A stretch of DNA of 63,390 nt, the filler included, from Folioceros fuciformis (Eukaryota), in assembly GCA_049999805.1 (NCBI GenBank). It is 10 parts of 10 records of this genome, joined end to end, with 100 filler letters (N's around TTAATTAATTAA, not from the genome) between each part and the next. Parts side by side here need not be neighbours in the genome. Positions count along the whole stretch, not along the records: positions 7,170 to 12,544 come from JBNGIO010004834.1; positions 12,645 to 21,499 come from JBNGIO010004835.1; positions 21,600 to 25,241 come from JBNGIO010004836.1; 7 more parts are not named here. The stretch is one strand, 5' to 3'. A program made the position numbers and the translations under genes. Positions 11,956 through 25,341 of this stretch are shown here, piece by piece. Below the pieces are notes generated by a model that worked only from the letters and a program-made list of their open reading frames with translations, did not search any database and was not told the origin of the DNA. How positions within the stretch are numbered: the stretch's first letter is position 1; the number at the start of each line of letters is the position of its first letter.

Positions 11956-12939
11956 TTAGCAGGTTTTGCCCGGACCTCGTACCAAACCTACTGGTTTGGT
12001 ACCAAACCACTTTTGCCCCCTTTATAGATCCATAAGACTCCTATCCCTTGGACATATTCTTCTCCTTACCATGCGTGAACACCCCACTCACATATATAGC
12101 CACTGAAAAAAAAATTAAAATAGAAAATAGAACCAAAACCAACTAGGAAGGAACCAACCTTCCCTATACTAGCCGCATTTGTACAAATTGTACCAAAATT
12201 GAAACACTGGCCTGAAATTCTATGTGGTGTTAGTAGCAAAAAGAACACAATAAAAGAGGTTAGTAGGGAGATTGCAGAAGCTAAGCTCCCGCCGAAGTAG
12301 GTTAGGATAGCAAGCATGCAAATAATGCATAAGCCGGCCAAGAGAAGTAGAAGCTTGCAAGTTAGAAACGACCCCAAGGGACAATCGGTCGTCAGTCTTG
12401 AGGTGGAGGTCGCTTCGTATTAGCAGGAAGAGTGACAAAAGAAAGGAAAATGGACTAGAGAGGAAGTGGTCAACGGTTGAAACCAGGCTTGAAAATGGTA
12501 GCTTATTCAGCAAAAACGGCTTTCAACCGGAATACTCCTTTGACNNNNNNNNNNNNNNNNNNNNNNNNNNNNNNNNNNNNNNNNNNNNTTAATTAATTAA
12601 NNNNNNNNNNNNNNNNNNNNNNNNNNNNNNNNNNNNNNNNNNNNCGGTTGCCCTGCCGGCTACCGTCGCCTCGTTGTCTCGGCCCTTACTTTGGCCTACC
12701 TGAATGTTCCCAAGGACTCGAGGGTCAGGGAGGCACTCGCTGCTTCCTCCTTCCTCCTTGTCCCGATCTCCAGTACACCCCCAAACCCCGAAGCCCAAGG
12801 TGGACTTTGGGTATAAACACCCTGGTCTTGCTCGCTTACTAAGCCGATTCGCCTGTCCCTTCACAAAAAAAATCACAACCTGCTCATTCCGTTGCTCAAA
12901 ATGGGGATTCCGAAAGTTTTTTTCGTTCACACCCGCCAC

Positions 12940-13161
12940 GATGGTAGGTTGAGGAAGAAGGAGACCATCCTACAGGGCGATCTGGTGTTACTGTATGACA
13001 GTAGGTACATGGATTTCCCAGGTAAGCTGAGGTTGAGGTGGATGGGTCCTTACAAGGTGGAGGAAGTATTTGAGAATGGGTCTGTCCAGTTGAGGGTATT
13101 GGATGGTGATTTGTTGCCAACTAGGGTCAATGGTTGGCAAGTCAAGAAGTACTATCAGTGA
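12940..13161 (+). pseudogene. Ty3/gypsy (Athila/Tat-type) integrase C-terminal GPY/F domain
   Basis: GDLVLLYDSR...FPGKLRLRWMGPYKV...NGSVQL...RVNGWQVKKYY. Confidence 0.9.
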
Positions 13162-13330
13162 GAGAGCAAGTAAAGTGAGTGAGGGAAGTCGCAAATCTGA
13201 GAGGTTAGGGTCGTTGTAGTGACTGGAGTGAGTTTGTGGGCACCAAGAGAGGTGCAGCTGACTGCTGGACAACGAGGCTTGTCCTACGCCTGATCGGAGC
13301 TGGAGGGGAGCCCTCGAATCCATCATCGAG

Positions 13331-13884
13331 TCAATTGAGTCCGACCCTCCATCCACAGCAACAAGGAACCCCATCGCTCCTTCGTGGGAACGAAACCCAA
13401 TGTCTCAACGACAGTGGGATAAGTGTGGTCACTAAAGGTGGAACTCGTCGGCAATTAGTGCTCGGGGTTTTGCCTCCACACTCATCCACAAGAATTTCTT
13501 GTAACTTAATGACGTTCCTGATATATTTCTGTTCTGACAATGACACAAGGTGCCGAGTAAATAGTGATCTCTCGGCTTGGAGATTATGCTCACAATTAGA
13601 ACTTGACCTGAATAATAAATCAGATAGTCCAAAATCCTCCTGTGAATCAGGGTTTTGCCTTCTTCTCCCCTCACAACAAGCGAGATAAGAGCAATTAGTT
13701 GGCCGATAGGTAGGGTGGCTACATGCATAGGGGTCCAGCACCAAAACTCTTGGTAAAGGTGCTGAATATCTTGGCAGATGTCCTCCACGACTAGAAAGTC
13801 TTGGAGATCCACCAGGACAAGGACCTCTATAGCCACCGCGCCTCGGCATGTTGTTTAGGCCTCATTAATGAGGCTCTGATACCA
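13331..13884 (-). mobile_element. LTR retroelement 5' internal region: tRNA-iMet PBS (13873-13884) followed by a 172-codon non-gag ORF (13849-13331)
   Basis: Minus strand ...TACTCA|TGGTATCAGAGC. The ATG-initiated ORF MPRRGGYRG... shows no gag motifs. Confidence 0.6.
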
Positions 13885-14136
13885 TGAGTAAAACGGGCAA
13901 ATACGAGAGTATATAAAGCAACTAGCATGAAAAATGAATTAATTATTCTCAATGTCAAAAAGTGTTTAAATATTGTTTGTGTGTCCTTTCATGATATAAC
14001 CCTAGGTTGTAGTAACTCACTCCTAACTAACTGTGTGTTAGGTTTAATTTCCTTCTTAACATTGCTCTTCTGCTGTAGGTAGTCTTATGTACCTCATGGT
14101 TTGCACTAGACCAAACCTATCATATTCAATAATACG

Positions 14137-14491
14137 TGTTAATAGGTGGTGGATACTTGTGGTGGTAGGGTCAGCAGGTTGTAGGGCCAGCTCATTGGTG
14201 GTAGAATGTGCTAGGAAAGTCTAAACAAGTGGCTGGTGACAGCCAGCTAGGCTAGTGGTCTTATTAAAATCATAATTGTCAAGCTAGAGAGAGGTGAGGT
14301 AAGAGAGAGAGAGGCTCCTATAAGATGGAGTGAGCTTGTAGGAGGCAGGTTGTCACTTTGCGATCTCTCTCAGGCTGTCCCTGCTTGGATACAGCAGTGT
14401 GTGCCGGCTATGCATGTGCGCAGTGTCTGGTAAAGCTTTGAGAAGTAGTGGCCAGGGTTAAGGGCGGGGTCGTTTTAATTCTTGATCGTGC
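14137..14491 (+). mobile_element. LTR (same family as 8407-8692)
   Basis: TGTTAATAGGTGG start; shared core CTCTCT.GGCTGTCCCTGCTTGGAT...GTGTGTGCCGGCT. Confidence 0.7.
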
Positions 14492-14753
14492 TCTCCGTGT
14501 CGTGTCCCCATGATCTATCATTCTCGTTTCCTTGTAGAGTTGGAGTGAGTGCCAACCATGCTTCCATGGTGTCTGGTAGGATCGTGGGTGGCAGCATGTT
14601 CTTCTTTGGGGTTAGTCTAGTGACTCTTGCCAAGTGGGTGAGTTGATAGGGAAGTGTAGAAGGTAGTGGTGTTGTTGCTGGTGTTGGTGCTGGAGTGAAT
14701 GAGTGAAGTGAGTGAGGAAAGTTGTAGATATGAAAGGTTAGTGTCGTTGTAGT

Positions 14754-15057
14754 TGAAGGATCTCTACAGGAGCTACATGGTGAAGGAGGAGAGGAGGAGG
14801 CAAGAGGAGAGGAGAAAGAGAGGTCATACTCTCACATAGAGTCTCAATATGCAAGGGAGCTCAAGGGGGTATTTATACCTTCTAGAAGAGCTCCCTAGGA
14901 AGCTTCACAAGAAGCGCACAGGAAGCTATGCAAGAATCTTCCTACAGATTAGCTTAAGCTAATCTAAACTAATGGTACTTAACTAGACACTAATCTTAGA
15001 CTAAACACATTAGTCAAAGCACATTGGGCTTTAATAACCCTACAACCTTCCACTTAA
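14754..15057 (-). mobile_element. Copia 3' LTR (14754-15044) with PPT
   Basis: Minus strand AAGTGGAAGGT|TGTAGGGTTATTAAAGCCC...; highly similar to the LTR at 60856-61138. Confidence 0.9.
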
Positions 15058-15086
15058 AGGCCAATTTACCTTCATAAGAGAGTGGT

Positions 15087-18000
15087 CTACCTCATGCCCA
15101 TGAGTGTCTGAGCTTGTGCGAATTGCTCCATAAAGAGCCCCTTGGTAAGAACATCTGCAGGGTTCTGACTGGTGTGAACTTTGACAAGCTGTACCCTCTT
15201 GTCTTCTAACACCTCTCGAATGAAGTGATACTTCACTTCCACATGTTTGGTCTTCACATGAAACATTGGATTCTTTGCCAATTGAATAGCACTCTGGCTA
15301 TCACAATGCAACACTGGCAGCTCAACCTTGATCCCCAAATCTCCCACTAAACGAGCAAGCCACAAGGCTTTCTTGAAGCCTCAGCCACTGCAACATACTC
15401 GGCCTCTGTAGTAGATAGCGTTATGCACGATTGCAAACGAGATCGCCATGAGACTGCCCCTCTAGTGCACATGAAGACATAACCTGATGTGGACCTCTTT
15501 TTGTCCATATCCTCTGCATAATCAGCATCCGTATATCCCACTACAGATGCATCTTCACTACCAAAACATAAGCAGAAAGCTTTTGTACCATTCAAGTACA
15601 TCATAACTCCTTTCACTGCCTTCCAATGCTTCTTGCCAAGGTTTGACATAAACTTGTTAACCACTCCTACTGCAAAGGCAATGTCAGGACGTGTAGCAAT
15701 CATTGCATACATCAAACTCCCTACAACTGATGAGTATGGAACCTTCTCCATTTCAGCTTTGTCCTCCGTAGAGCTTGGGCAATCCTTGCTTGAAAGTTTC
15801 ACATATGGAGGCAACGGAGTACTCAATACCTTCTCCTTCTCCATGTTGAAACGTTGAAGCACCTTGTTAATGTATTTAGTTTGAGACAAGTAAAGCAAAC
15901 GCTTCTGTTTGTCTCGATGAATACACATGCCAAGAATATGGCTTGCCTCTCCCAAGTCTATCATGTCAAAGCGAGCATTCAACTTTGACTTCAAGGCTGA
16001 AATCTCATCACTACTATTCCCAGCAATTAGCATATCATCCACATATAGGACCAGAATGAGCAAGCTTCCATCCTTAGCTTGCTTTGTATAGAGGCAATGA
16101 TCCTCATCGCTACGCTTGTAGCCTTGAGAAAGCATAAATGAGTGGAACTTGTAATACCACTCCCAGGGTGCCTGCTTCAAACCATAAAGGCTCTTCTTTA
16201 ACCTGCACACTAGATTCTCTTTGCCCTTCTCAATGAAACCCTTTGGTTGCTGCATGTATACCTCTTCCTGGAGATCACCATGCAGAAATGCCGACTTCAC
16301 ATCCATCTGGAAAAGTTCCATGTCGTGCCTCGCAACCAGACCAAGAACATATTGCAAGGTGGTCATTTTGACAACTTGTGAGAAAATCTCATCAAAGTCA
16401 ATACCTTGCTATTGCTTAAAACCCTTAGCAACCAATCGCGCCTTGTACTTAGGTTTGCCATAATGGAGTATGTCCTTCATCTTTATACACCCATTTGCAT
16501 GGCAACGCCTTCTTGCCCCTAGGCAACCAAACCTACTCCTAAGTTTGGTTCTTGTGGAGTGAATCCATTTGCGACTGCATCGCCTTCTCCCACTTGTCCT
16601 TGTCAGTCACTGACATGGCCTCTTGATAACAAGAGACATCCCCACAATCCGTCAGTATGACATAATCAAGAGATGCAACATACCTGTCATGAGGACGTGA
16701 AATCCTTCCTGACCTACGAAGCACAGGTGCCTCGACCGGAGCTGGTTGCACTCTCTCCTCTGCTACAAGGGGAGGAACTTGTTCCCTCACATCACGACGT
16801 TCAACCTACGCGGGACGATCAAGTCCATCTTCTTAGAAGACCACCCGTTACACCTCCACACTTGGAATAGGCTTCTTGTGCATCTTGGTCTCATTGAAGA
16901 ACACATCATTGCTGCAAACCATACTCTTGGCCTCTGGATTCCACAGACAGTATCTCATCTCACCAGATTCATCATAGCCAAGAAAAATACATTTTCTTGA
17001 CTTAGGAGCCAACTTGTTCCGAAACTCCTTCAGAACATGGTAGTATGCCTTGCAGCCAAACACTCGTAGATGCTTGTATGACGGCTTCTTTCTAGACCAC
17101 ATCTCCTCTCAAACCTGTTCATCCATAGCCCTACTAGGACATCTGTTAATAAGATGCACCGTCGTAGACACTGCTTCGGCCCAAAATCCGTTAGGCAATC
17201 CAGAGTTTGACAACAAACTATGCATCCTCTCCTGGATGGTCTTGTTCATCCGTTCAGCCACACCATTATGGGGAGGAGTATAGGGCGCAATCAATTGTCT
17301 CTTGATTCCCTTGGAATCACAGAATGACTGGAAAGCCTTCGAAACATACTCTCCCCCATTTTCTGTCCTTAGACACTTCAGTCGGAGGCCAGATTGATTC
17401 TCCACAAGGGTGACAAATTTCTGAAACACTGTCAGAACATCATCCTTTTTCCTCAAAGGATAAACCCACAACTTGCGTAAGAAATCATCTATGAAAGTGA
17501 CAAAATAAGATGCACCGCCTAACGATACAGTGTGCATAGGTCCACAAACATCACTGTGAACCAACTCAAGAGGTTTACTTTTGTGTTTACCTCTTGCTCT
17601 TTTTGGTGACTTCGTTAGTTTCCCATACAAATAGTGCTCACACACGGAGAAATCGGAGAAGTCAAAAGCAGGAACGTAACCAAAACGAGAAAGGATCTTC
17701 ATTCCTTTTTGAGACATGTCCTAACCGACTATGCCACAAGGAAACACTTGGCTGTTCCGTGACACAAATCACATGATCCTTGACAATGGTTACTTGAAGT
17801 AAGTACAAAGTGCCACACTTCGATCCACGAGCTAACACAAGAGAACCTTTGGAGATCTTCCAAGAATGATCTCCAAACCAATAGTGGTAGCTAGCGTCAT
17901 CCAACTGCCCTGCGCAAATCATGCTTTTGGTCAACTTCGGAACATGCCTAACATCCTTCAGCACGAATGAAGATCTATTGTTAAACTTCAGCTGCACATC

Positions 18001-18111
18001 ACCAACGCCTGCAATCTTGCATGCGTAGTTATTTCCAAACGGAACACATCCTTTCCTGGTAGCATCATAAGTGCTAAACCACTCCCTATGCGGAGTAACA
18101 TGGAAAGATGC
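15087..18111 (-). pseudogene. Ty1/copia (Tnt1/Tork-like) pol: PR-INT-RT-RNase H, degenerate, gag missing
   Basis: ASFHVTPHREWF; VHSDVCGP; FIDD; NGVAER; QMDVKSAFLHG; LYVDD; YTDADY; TEAEY; NPADVLTK. Confidence 0.95.
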
Positions 18112-18112
18112 T

Positions 18113-20210
18113 TCAAACCTGTGTTATTTGACACAAGTCATTCCCTTGGGATTGAATCCCATGGCTACAACGACATAGAGGGTTTGTGTGGACCTCGCAG
18201 CACCCCCGGGTGCAATATTTTCTCCCACACTTGGGATTAGGCTCCCGCATCTTCACTCGGTTTGTTGCCTTCCCGACTACCTCCTGCTTGCCTACTTGCT
18301 GAGAAAAACACAGCTCACTACTTTTAGAGGCTACCTGAGCGAATAGCCTACTCACACCGTCTTCAACCTCTGAGTTCTTCCTTGCCAGAAGCCCATGCTC
18401 CCCTGCCCTTCCTGATGGCCGACCTATTTGCTCACTAGCCGCGAACTCGTAGCTAGGAACCCCACTGGTCACTGCGTTTTTACAAAGGGAGGGGGCTCTG
18501 TCTTTTAGACTGCCCTTCAATGGCTCGCCATTCCTCTGTTCACTCCTCACTCGTACACCTTTGTGGGTCTTCCCCCTTGGATACTGCTTTTTCCTCCCTG
18601 AATGTTCCAAGCTCTCGGCACCCGCTCCTGGTTGTTGTGCCTGAGCTGTGAGAATCTCAAATGGCCTTAGGATGCCTTGGCCTATTGCTGGAGCTGAGGA
18701 GGGGGCGACCTTGGATAACCCTGGGAGTCCAAGGCCTAAAGCTTTAATCACCTCCCCTTCAGAGAGGCCATCTCCTGAGGTACTTGAGGATCTCTGCTGA
18801 AACATAACCTCTCCTTGAATGTCTTCCTTCCATCTGAGCTCCCACTCCCCTTGAAGTTTGATTGAAATCAGAGAGGTGAGCAATCTTAAGAAACCAAGGT
18901 GAGCTTTAAAGACAACTTTGGTTGCAAGGGTGACCCTGCCTCTGCCAAACTTTGCATCTTTGACTAAGGCTAACACCTTCGACTCCCCCAGCCATTGTGA
19001 CTTGTTGGAATTCAGGATCCGGCACTCCAACCCCAAGTCAAGCAAGGTGTTAAAGTAGAGGATCGCCGAGGAGCCTTCATTTTGATGACACACAGTGCTG
19101 AATCTAGCCTCCCATGAAAATTATTTGTAGAGTCCTCAGGCAGCGCGTGCATTTCCTCCCCATTCAGCATTCAGTAATAGAACGTATTATCCACCTTCTT
19201 CTGCATGAGAACACAAACTTTCACTTGTGTCATGGTCGTGTCAGCCATCCTCGGGAAGATCTCATCCTGGATTCGGCGAGCCCACCGTTGTGTTACCAAG
19301 TTCGCCCTCTAGAGCTTCTTCTGGACACCTTGGAACCCCGGTAAGGGTCCAGACTGTTTCACCTCTACTTTGTCACACTTGCCTCCTGGTCCTGAGCAAA
19401 GCGGACAAGCTTGCTTAAGGTGGTTAGGTAGGCCACAAATTCCACATTTGACTGGAAGACCTGGGTAGTCAAAGAGCTGTGTATAGCACTTAGAAGAATC
19501 TTCCGGGTCACGAACAACCACACCCGCAGGCAAGGATGTGAGATTATCAACTCTTACTCCGAATCGTGGTGACTTGCTTTTGTTGAAAAAACGGGAATCC
19601 ACCTTAGGAACCTCTACTACCCGACCAATTGTCTCCAGAATTTTGTTGATCAAAGGAATAAGTTGCACCGGTAAGGCGGGCAGCTGCACCCAAACAAAGT
19701 GCTTCTTGATCTAGGATTGCATGATTGTGCTTCCAAGAGACCACGACTCTACCATCACCGGGATTGAGTCTCGGAAGAGCAACGTTGTTTGTAGGAGTGC
19801 TAGGGCCCCAGCTGCTTCATCGCATTTAATCTGAAAGGATCCATCCTCTTTCAGGAAGACATATGCGGGGGGACACCCTGTAATTTGCACCATCCAATTC
19901 TCCAGTTCCCCCATAGTAGGAGGCCCTCCAGCAGATAGCCGCCCCACGATAGAGTTGAAGGCCAACCTATCTTCCTCCTGCTGAAAGAACCGTTCCTCGG
20001 TGAGGATGTCCGCCAAAGGACCAAGTTGGATGCCCAAATCCTCATTTGCCGAGACCGATACAGATTATGTACTTGTGCCCTGATTTGACCTCCCATGAGC
20101 GGCGTCATTCTCAAGATTCCGTACCTGGGCCTCCTTCTCATGCTATGCTTTCTTCCACCTAAGATCACTAGGATTAGTTTCTGGTGCCATTGTGTTAGGC
20201 TTTCGGCCAT
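18113..20210 (-). pseudogene. L1-clade LINE ORF1 (DUF4283 + CCHC zinc knuckle), ORF2 absent
   Basis: SIVGRL...ELENWM...GSFQI...VESWS...VWVQLPALP...IGRVV...YPGLPVKCGICGLPNHLKQAC. Frames 20037-19711 and 19689-19309 are one frame with a TAG at 19711. Confidence 0.85.
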
Positions 20211-20924
20211 TCTGCTTGTCTAAGCACATACTGACCACCCTGGCCCACGTGCTGATTGTCATGCCCTCCCACGGGGGCTCACTGCTTCCATCGTAGCTTC
20301 ACGTGTCTAGCTACCGCTCCATGGCGCTCCAATCGCTCCCGAAAAATAGTCCCACAACGACCCAAACACCCTAAACCCTAGACCTTTCCTTTCAATTCCT
20401 TTTTCAAGTGAAGCCATTCCTAATCGGGTAGAGGCTTGTATGTTTCATCTTCAGTTTATTGAAGTCTCGAGAGAGCCTCAAGCTCGTACATCTTTGACTT
20501 TCTCAAGCTCGTACATCTTTGACTTCATGACAACGATTGCCTCTATTAGCTCGTCACATTTTGGAGTGTCTTATGTAGATTTATAATTTCATTTTAGTTC
20601 ACTATGGTGGGTCATCTTGGCATAGCCTCCTACTGAGGTTCTCCTCCAATGGCGTATGCTGTTTGCTGCTTTTGGGTGCACATGCCATCTCTTCTCTAAT
20701 TGCTGAGTGTGCTACTTTCGTTACTAGTGTTGCCACAGCTGCCATAGCAAGCTACCTTGTGATCTTTATTTCTATGGTCGTTGTTTCAACCGTAATGCTT
20801 CTAGGTTGTAACACTCCGCCACGGATTGCATGTGTTACCCAGAGAAATCTGATTTGTTGCTCACGAGGTGTGCAAGCATATATTCACGGTTCCTGTTGTG
20901 GTCCTCTCTATAACCTATGTTAGG

Positions 20925-21499
20925 TTAAGAGGGGGTGTTGGGGGTTAATCTAACTAGAGTTATGCATTCATGGTAATCCTAATTGGTGGTTAACATATCT
21001 ATATTCTGCATGTAAGAAAGATCTTTTGATCTTTTTTAATTAATTGTTCTTGTGTGATTCTTTGCATAAGAATGTTCTTTTTAGTTTATTGTCACAGTCT
21101 CCTCCATAAGACATTTTGGAAAGTATTCACAATGTACAAGCAAGAACAAACTTTGGAAAGGATTCATAAGGTAAGAGCAAGAACAAACTTTGGAAAGGAT
21201 TCATAACGTAAGAGCAAGAACAAACTTTGCAAAGCTTCATAAGGAAGAGCAAGAACAAACTTTGGAAAGGGTTCATAGGGTAAGAGCAAGAACAAACATA
21301 TGCAGCGTAAGCTATCCTTAAGTCACAAGTGAAGATAAAAAAAAAAAGTGTACACTTAAGTGACATCCTTATCCTTTCTTATCATGAAAGACATAACATT
21401 TTTAGAACAATGAGTACTTTTAACATTGCTAATAACAAAAATAGTCTCCCTTAGCATGGTGTCTTGTAGAGGGTTATTTTCACTATAGCTTCATATATA
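20925..21499 (+). mobile_element. PPT and start of a 3' LTR
   Basis: AAGAGGGGG followed by TGTTG at 20936. Confidence 0.5.
21139..21297. repeat. 37-bp minisatellite (~4.3 copies)
   Basis: AGCAAGAACAAACTTTGGAAAGGATTCATAAGGTAAG at 21139, 21176, 21213, 21248 and 21285. Confidence 0.95.
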
Positions 21500-21607
21500 N
21501 NNNNNNNNNNNNNNNNNNNNNNNNNNNNNNNNNNNNNNNNNNNTTAATTAATTAANNNNNNNNNNNNNNNNNNNNNNNNNNNNNNNNNNNNNNNNNNNNA
21601 AGTTTGC

Positions 21608-24600
21608 TTGCGCGGGTTAACACCTGCCTACAAGCAGTTCAAGACTTCCATACAGACTCGGGAAAACATTCCCAATTTCTCAGACCTGATTTCTATGTTG
21701 ATCATAGAGGAGAAAAACCTAGGCGAGGAATCATCCTCTAAGCCTAAGGAAAACTCTGAGCAGGCCTTCTATTCTGGCAGAGGCAGAGGTAGAGCCCAAG
21801 GTGGCAGAGGGCAAAGAGGTAGTAGAGGTCGGAATCCCTACCAAAATCAACAACAGAATCAGGAGTCCCAGTACAAGAGTACACGTGGAAGAGGAGAAAA
21901 TTCTCGAGGCTGGGGGAGTCAAAGAGGACGTGGAAATCAACAACAAAATGATGCAAATGCAGACAATAGTGGTTGCTGGACTTGTGGTAGGTTAGACCAC
22001 TTCGAAAGAGACTGTCCAAGGAGAAATCAAGGCAACAAGAGGCAGCAGAACAATTATGCCTCTAGCAGCAGTCAGAATGACTCAGAAAACTTGTTTGTCA
22101 TGCAGCATATGCTTAACTCTGTGTCTGCTAATGGATCCAACAATGGTGAGATTGTGTGGTATGTAGACTCAGGAGCTTCGAACCACATGACATGCCATGG
22201 GGAGTGGTTCAAAGAAATGCAAGTGCTTGACAGACCTGGATATGTAGAAACTGGAGATGACACAACACATGCAATTGTGCATACAGGAACTGTACCTCTG
22301 AAGATGCAGGATGGCAAAGTGAAGTGCCTGGTAGATGTTCTTCACGTACCCAACATCACAAAGAACTTGGTGTCAGTTGGGCAGATGGTTGAGCAAGGAC
22401 TGCAGGTTAGATTTACACCTGCAGGACTCTTTGTTGAAGAGTGCAAGAAAGGCGATCGCCTGATTGCTCAAGGACAGAAGGTTGGACGGATGTTCACCTT
22501 GAACGTGGAGGTTCCTAAGCTGAAGTCAGCCATGTTTGCGAAGGGTACAAGGGTAGTGACAGACCTAGAGATGTGGCACAAACGCATTGGACATGTAAAT
22601 GTGCAGAAGTTGAAGTCCATGCAGCATCAGAAGGTTGTCACATGCATACCCAAGCTTACAGAAAATGGACTGCAAGGTATATGTGAAGCATGTCAACTTG
22701 GGAAACAGCCTAGGAATGCGTTCCCCCATGACAAACATGTCAGCAGATATGTGTTGGATGTTGTGCATTCAGATGTATGGGGTCCTACACAGACTGCATC
22801 AATCGGAGGCTGCAAGTACTATGTGGCCTTCATTGACGACCACACAAGGAAGGTGTGGGTCTATTTCATGAAAGAAAAAAGTGAAGTGATCACTCATTTT
22901 CATACTTTCAAGGCGATGGTTGAGAAGCAGACAGGTAGGCACATCAAATGCCTAAGATCTGATGGAGGGGGAGAGTACTTCTCCAGAGAGTTCAGCAAAT
23001 TCTTATCAGAACAGGGCATTCAACGGCAGTACTCATGTCGTTATACGCCACAACAAAATGGAGTTGCAGAGCGCAAGAACAGGCACATAGCAGAAGTGGC
23101 GAGAGCCTTGATGACAGAGAAGAAGATGCCTCACTACTATTGGGCTGAAGCTGTAAGCACAGCAGTGTACATCATGAACAGAACTCCCACAGCAGCGGTG
23201 CACAGTGTAACACCGGAGGAGAAGTTCACAGGGAAGAAACCTGACTTGTCACACTTAAAGGTATTTGGTTGCATTGCTTATGTCCATATTCCGGATGAGT
23301 TGCGGACTAAGCTTGATCCAAAAGCAGAAAAGTGTGTCTTCATTGGGTATTCTGTTACACAGAAAGGATACAGGTGCTACAATCCCAGTACACGGACTAT
23401 GAGAGTAAGCAGAGACGTAGTCTTTGATGAAATGGGTAGCTGGTACTTTGAAGTACAAGGAAGTAGTGTAGCTGATGTGCTTGAAACTGAGGTAACAAGC
23501 AATGCAGGTCAACAATCACAAGTGTTGAGTGGACCGCAAGCGTCATCAAACTCGACAAATGTTCAGAATCCATGGAGTGGCAGGTTGCGAGGTAGTGTGA
23601 GTCCTACGAGCTCCACAGCTGTGTCTCGCAAAGGGAAGGAAAAAGTCCAGGATTCAAAGATACCAGACCTAAGTGCAGGTGCGGATGATTCAAGCAACTC
23701 TGAGCAGAGCTTGGATGAGGAATTCGGTGTACCGAAAATCGAAACACCTGGTGCAAAAGAGGTTCAATCAGCCCCTGGAAGTGGTTCAATCCCACGGAGA
23801 TCTGGAAGGCAGAAGGTTCCAATACAGCGGTTGACCTATGATAGCTATGTAGCTAGGCACCATGCCTATATGGCAAAGGTTGTACAAGATGTGGAACCAA
23901 GAAGCTTTGAAGAAGCTATTGGAGACACAAAGTGGGAACATGCTATGGATGAAGAAATGAATGCGTTAAATCAAAATGCAACATGGGACCTAGTACAACT
24001 ACCTGAAGGCAAGAAACCAATAGGTTGCAAATGGGTGTACAAGGTCAAACACAACGCAGATGGTAGTATCAACAGGTACAAGGCAAGGCTTGTGGCCAAG
24101 GGATATGCCCAGACATATGGAATAGATTTTGAGGAGGCGTTCAGTCCAGTTGCCAAAATGGCAACAATTCGAACCGTGATCGCACTAGCGGCATCGAAAG
24201 GTTGGGTCCTACATCATATGGATGTGAAGAATGCGTTTTTACATGGAGAATTGCTGGAAGAAGTATACATGGACCAGCCACCAGGTTATGAGGATTTGGA
24301 TCATCCAAATCATGTGTGCAAGCTGAAAAAAACGTTGTACGGACTGAAGCAAGCCCCGAGGGCTTGGCATGAGCGTCTTGCTCAGCATCTGATTCACATC
24401 GGATTCAACATGGCAGATGCGGATCATTCGTTGTATGTGTGCAAAAGTACAAAACGACTGGTCTTTGTGACCATTTATGTGGATGATCTAATCATTGGAG
24501 GTAATCAGTTGGATCAAGTGGAGCAGATCAAGGAACTTCTACAACAAGAGTTCAAGATGGTGGACCTAGGTGAACTGAGGTTCTTTTTGGGCATTGAAAT

Positions 24601-25241
24601 TATACGAACCAACACAGGCATTTGGCTGTCACAGCGGAAGTATGCGTCGGATGTACTAACTAAGTATGGTATGGTTGAGTGCAAGCCAATCTCGATTCCT
24701 TTGGATCAAAATCTAAAGCTCAGTGCTCATGATGGTGAAGCACTTGAAGATCCAACAATGTACAGGAAGATTGTGGGTAGCTTGATATATCTCACTCTAT
24801 CCCGACCAGATTTGAACTATACAGTGGGATTGCAAAGTCAGTTTATGCAGGCGCCAAGAAAGCCACATTTGGACGCAGTAAGGCGAACGTTGCGCTATGT
24901 GAAGGCAACTATGGATCATCCTCTCTTTTATGTTGCAGATTTAGAAATAAACCTGTGTGGATACACAGATGCAGATTGGGCAAGCAGTGTTACTGATCGT
25001 AGATCTACAAGTGGATTCACTTTTTCACTTGGGAGTGCAGCAATTACATGGAGTAGCAAGAAGCAGCCTACAGTGGCTTTGTCTAGTACAGAAGCTGAAT
25101 ACAGAGGCGCAGCAATGGCAGCGTGTGAAGTGACTTGGATTTGTAAGTTACTCGGAGATTTTGGATTGCAGGTCAACGACAAGGTTGTTATCTACTGTGA
25201 CAATCTTAGCAGCATACAGTTGGCGCGAAACCCAGTGTTTC
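21608..25241 (+). CDS. Ty1/copia gag-pol polyprotein, uninterrupted, partial at both contig ends
   Basis: [29 protein letters not shown]...CEAC; HSDVWGP, SDGGGEY, QNGVAER; IYVDD; YTDADWA, TEAEY, YCDN. No stops over ~1210 codons. Confidence 0.97.
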
Positions 25242-25341
25242 NNNNNNNNNNNNNNNNNNNNNNNNNNNNNNNNNNNNNNNNNNNNTTAATTAATTAANNN
25301 NNNNNNNNNNNNNNNNNNNNNNNNNNNNNNNNNNNNNNNNN

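Noticed and set aside
12066-12377. Hydrophobic ORF suggesting an env-like membrane protein
   Set aside because: Non-ATG start and T-rich low-complexity sequence explain the hydrophobicity; no supporting frame continuity.
20600-20900. Possible third antisense ORF upstream of the PPT at 20925
   Set aside because: Short, interrupted and with no linked pol to establish context.
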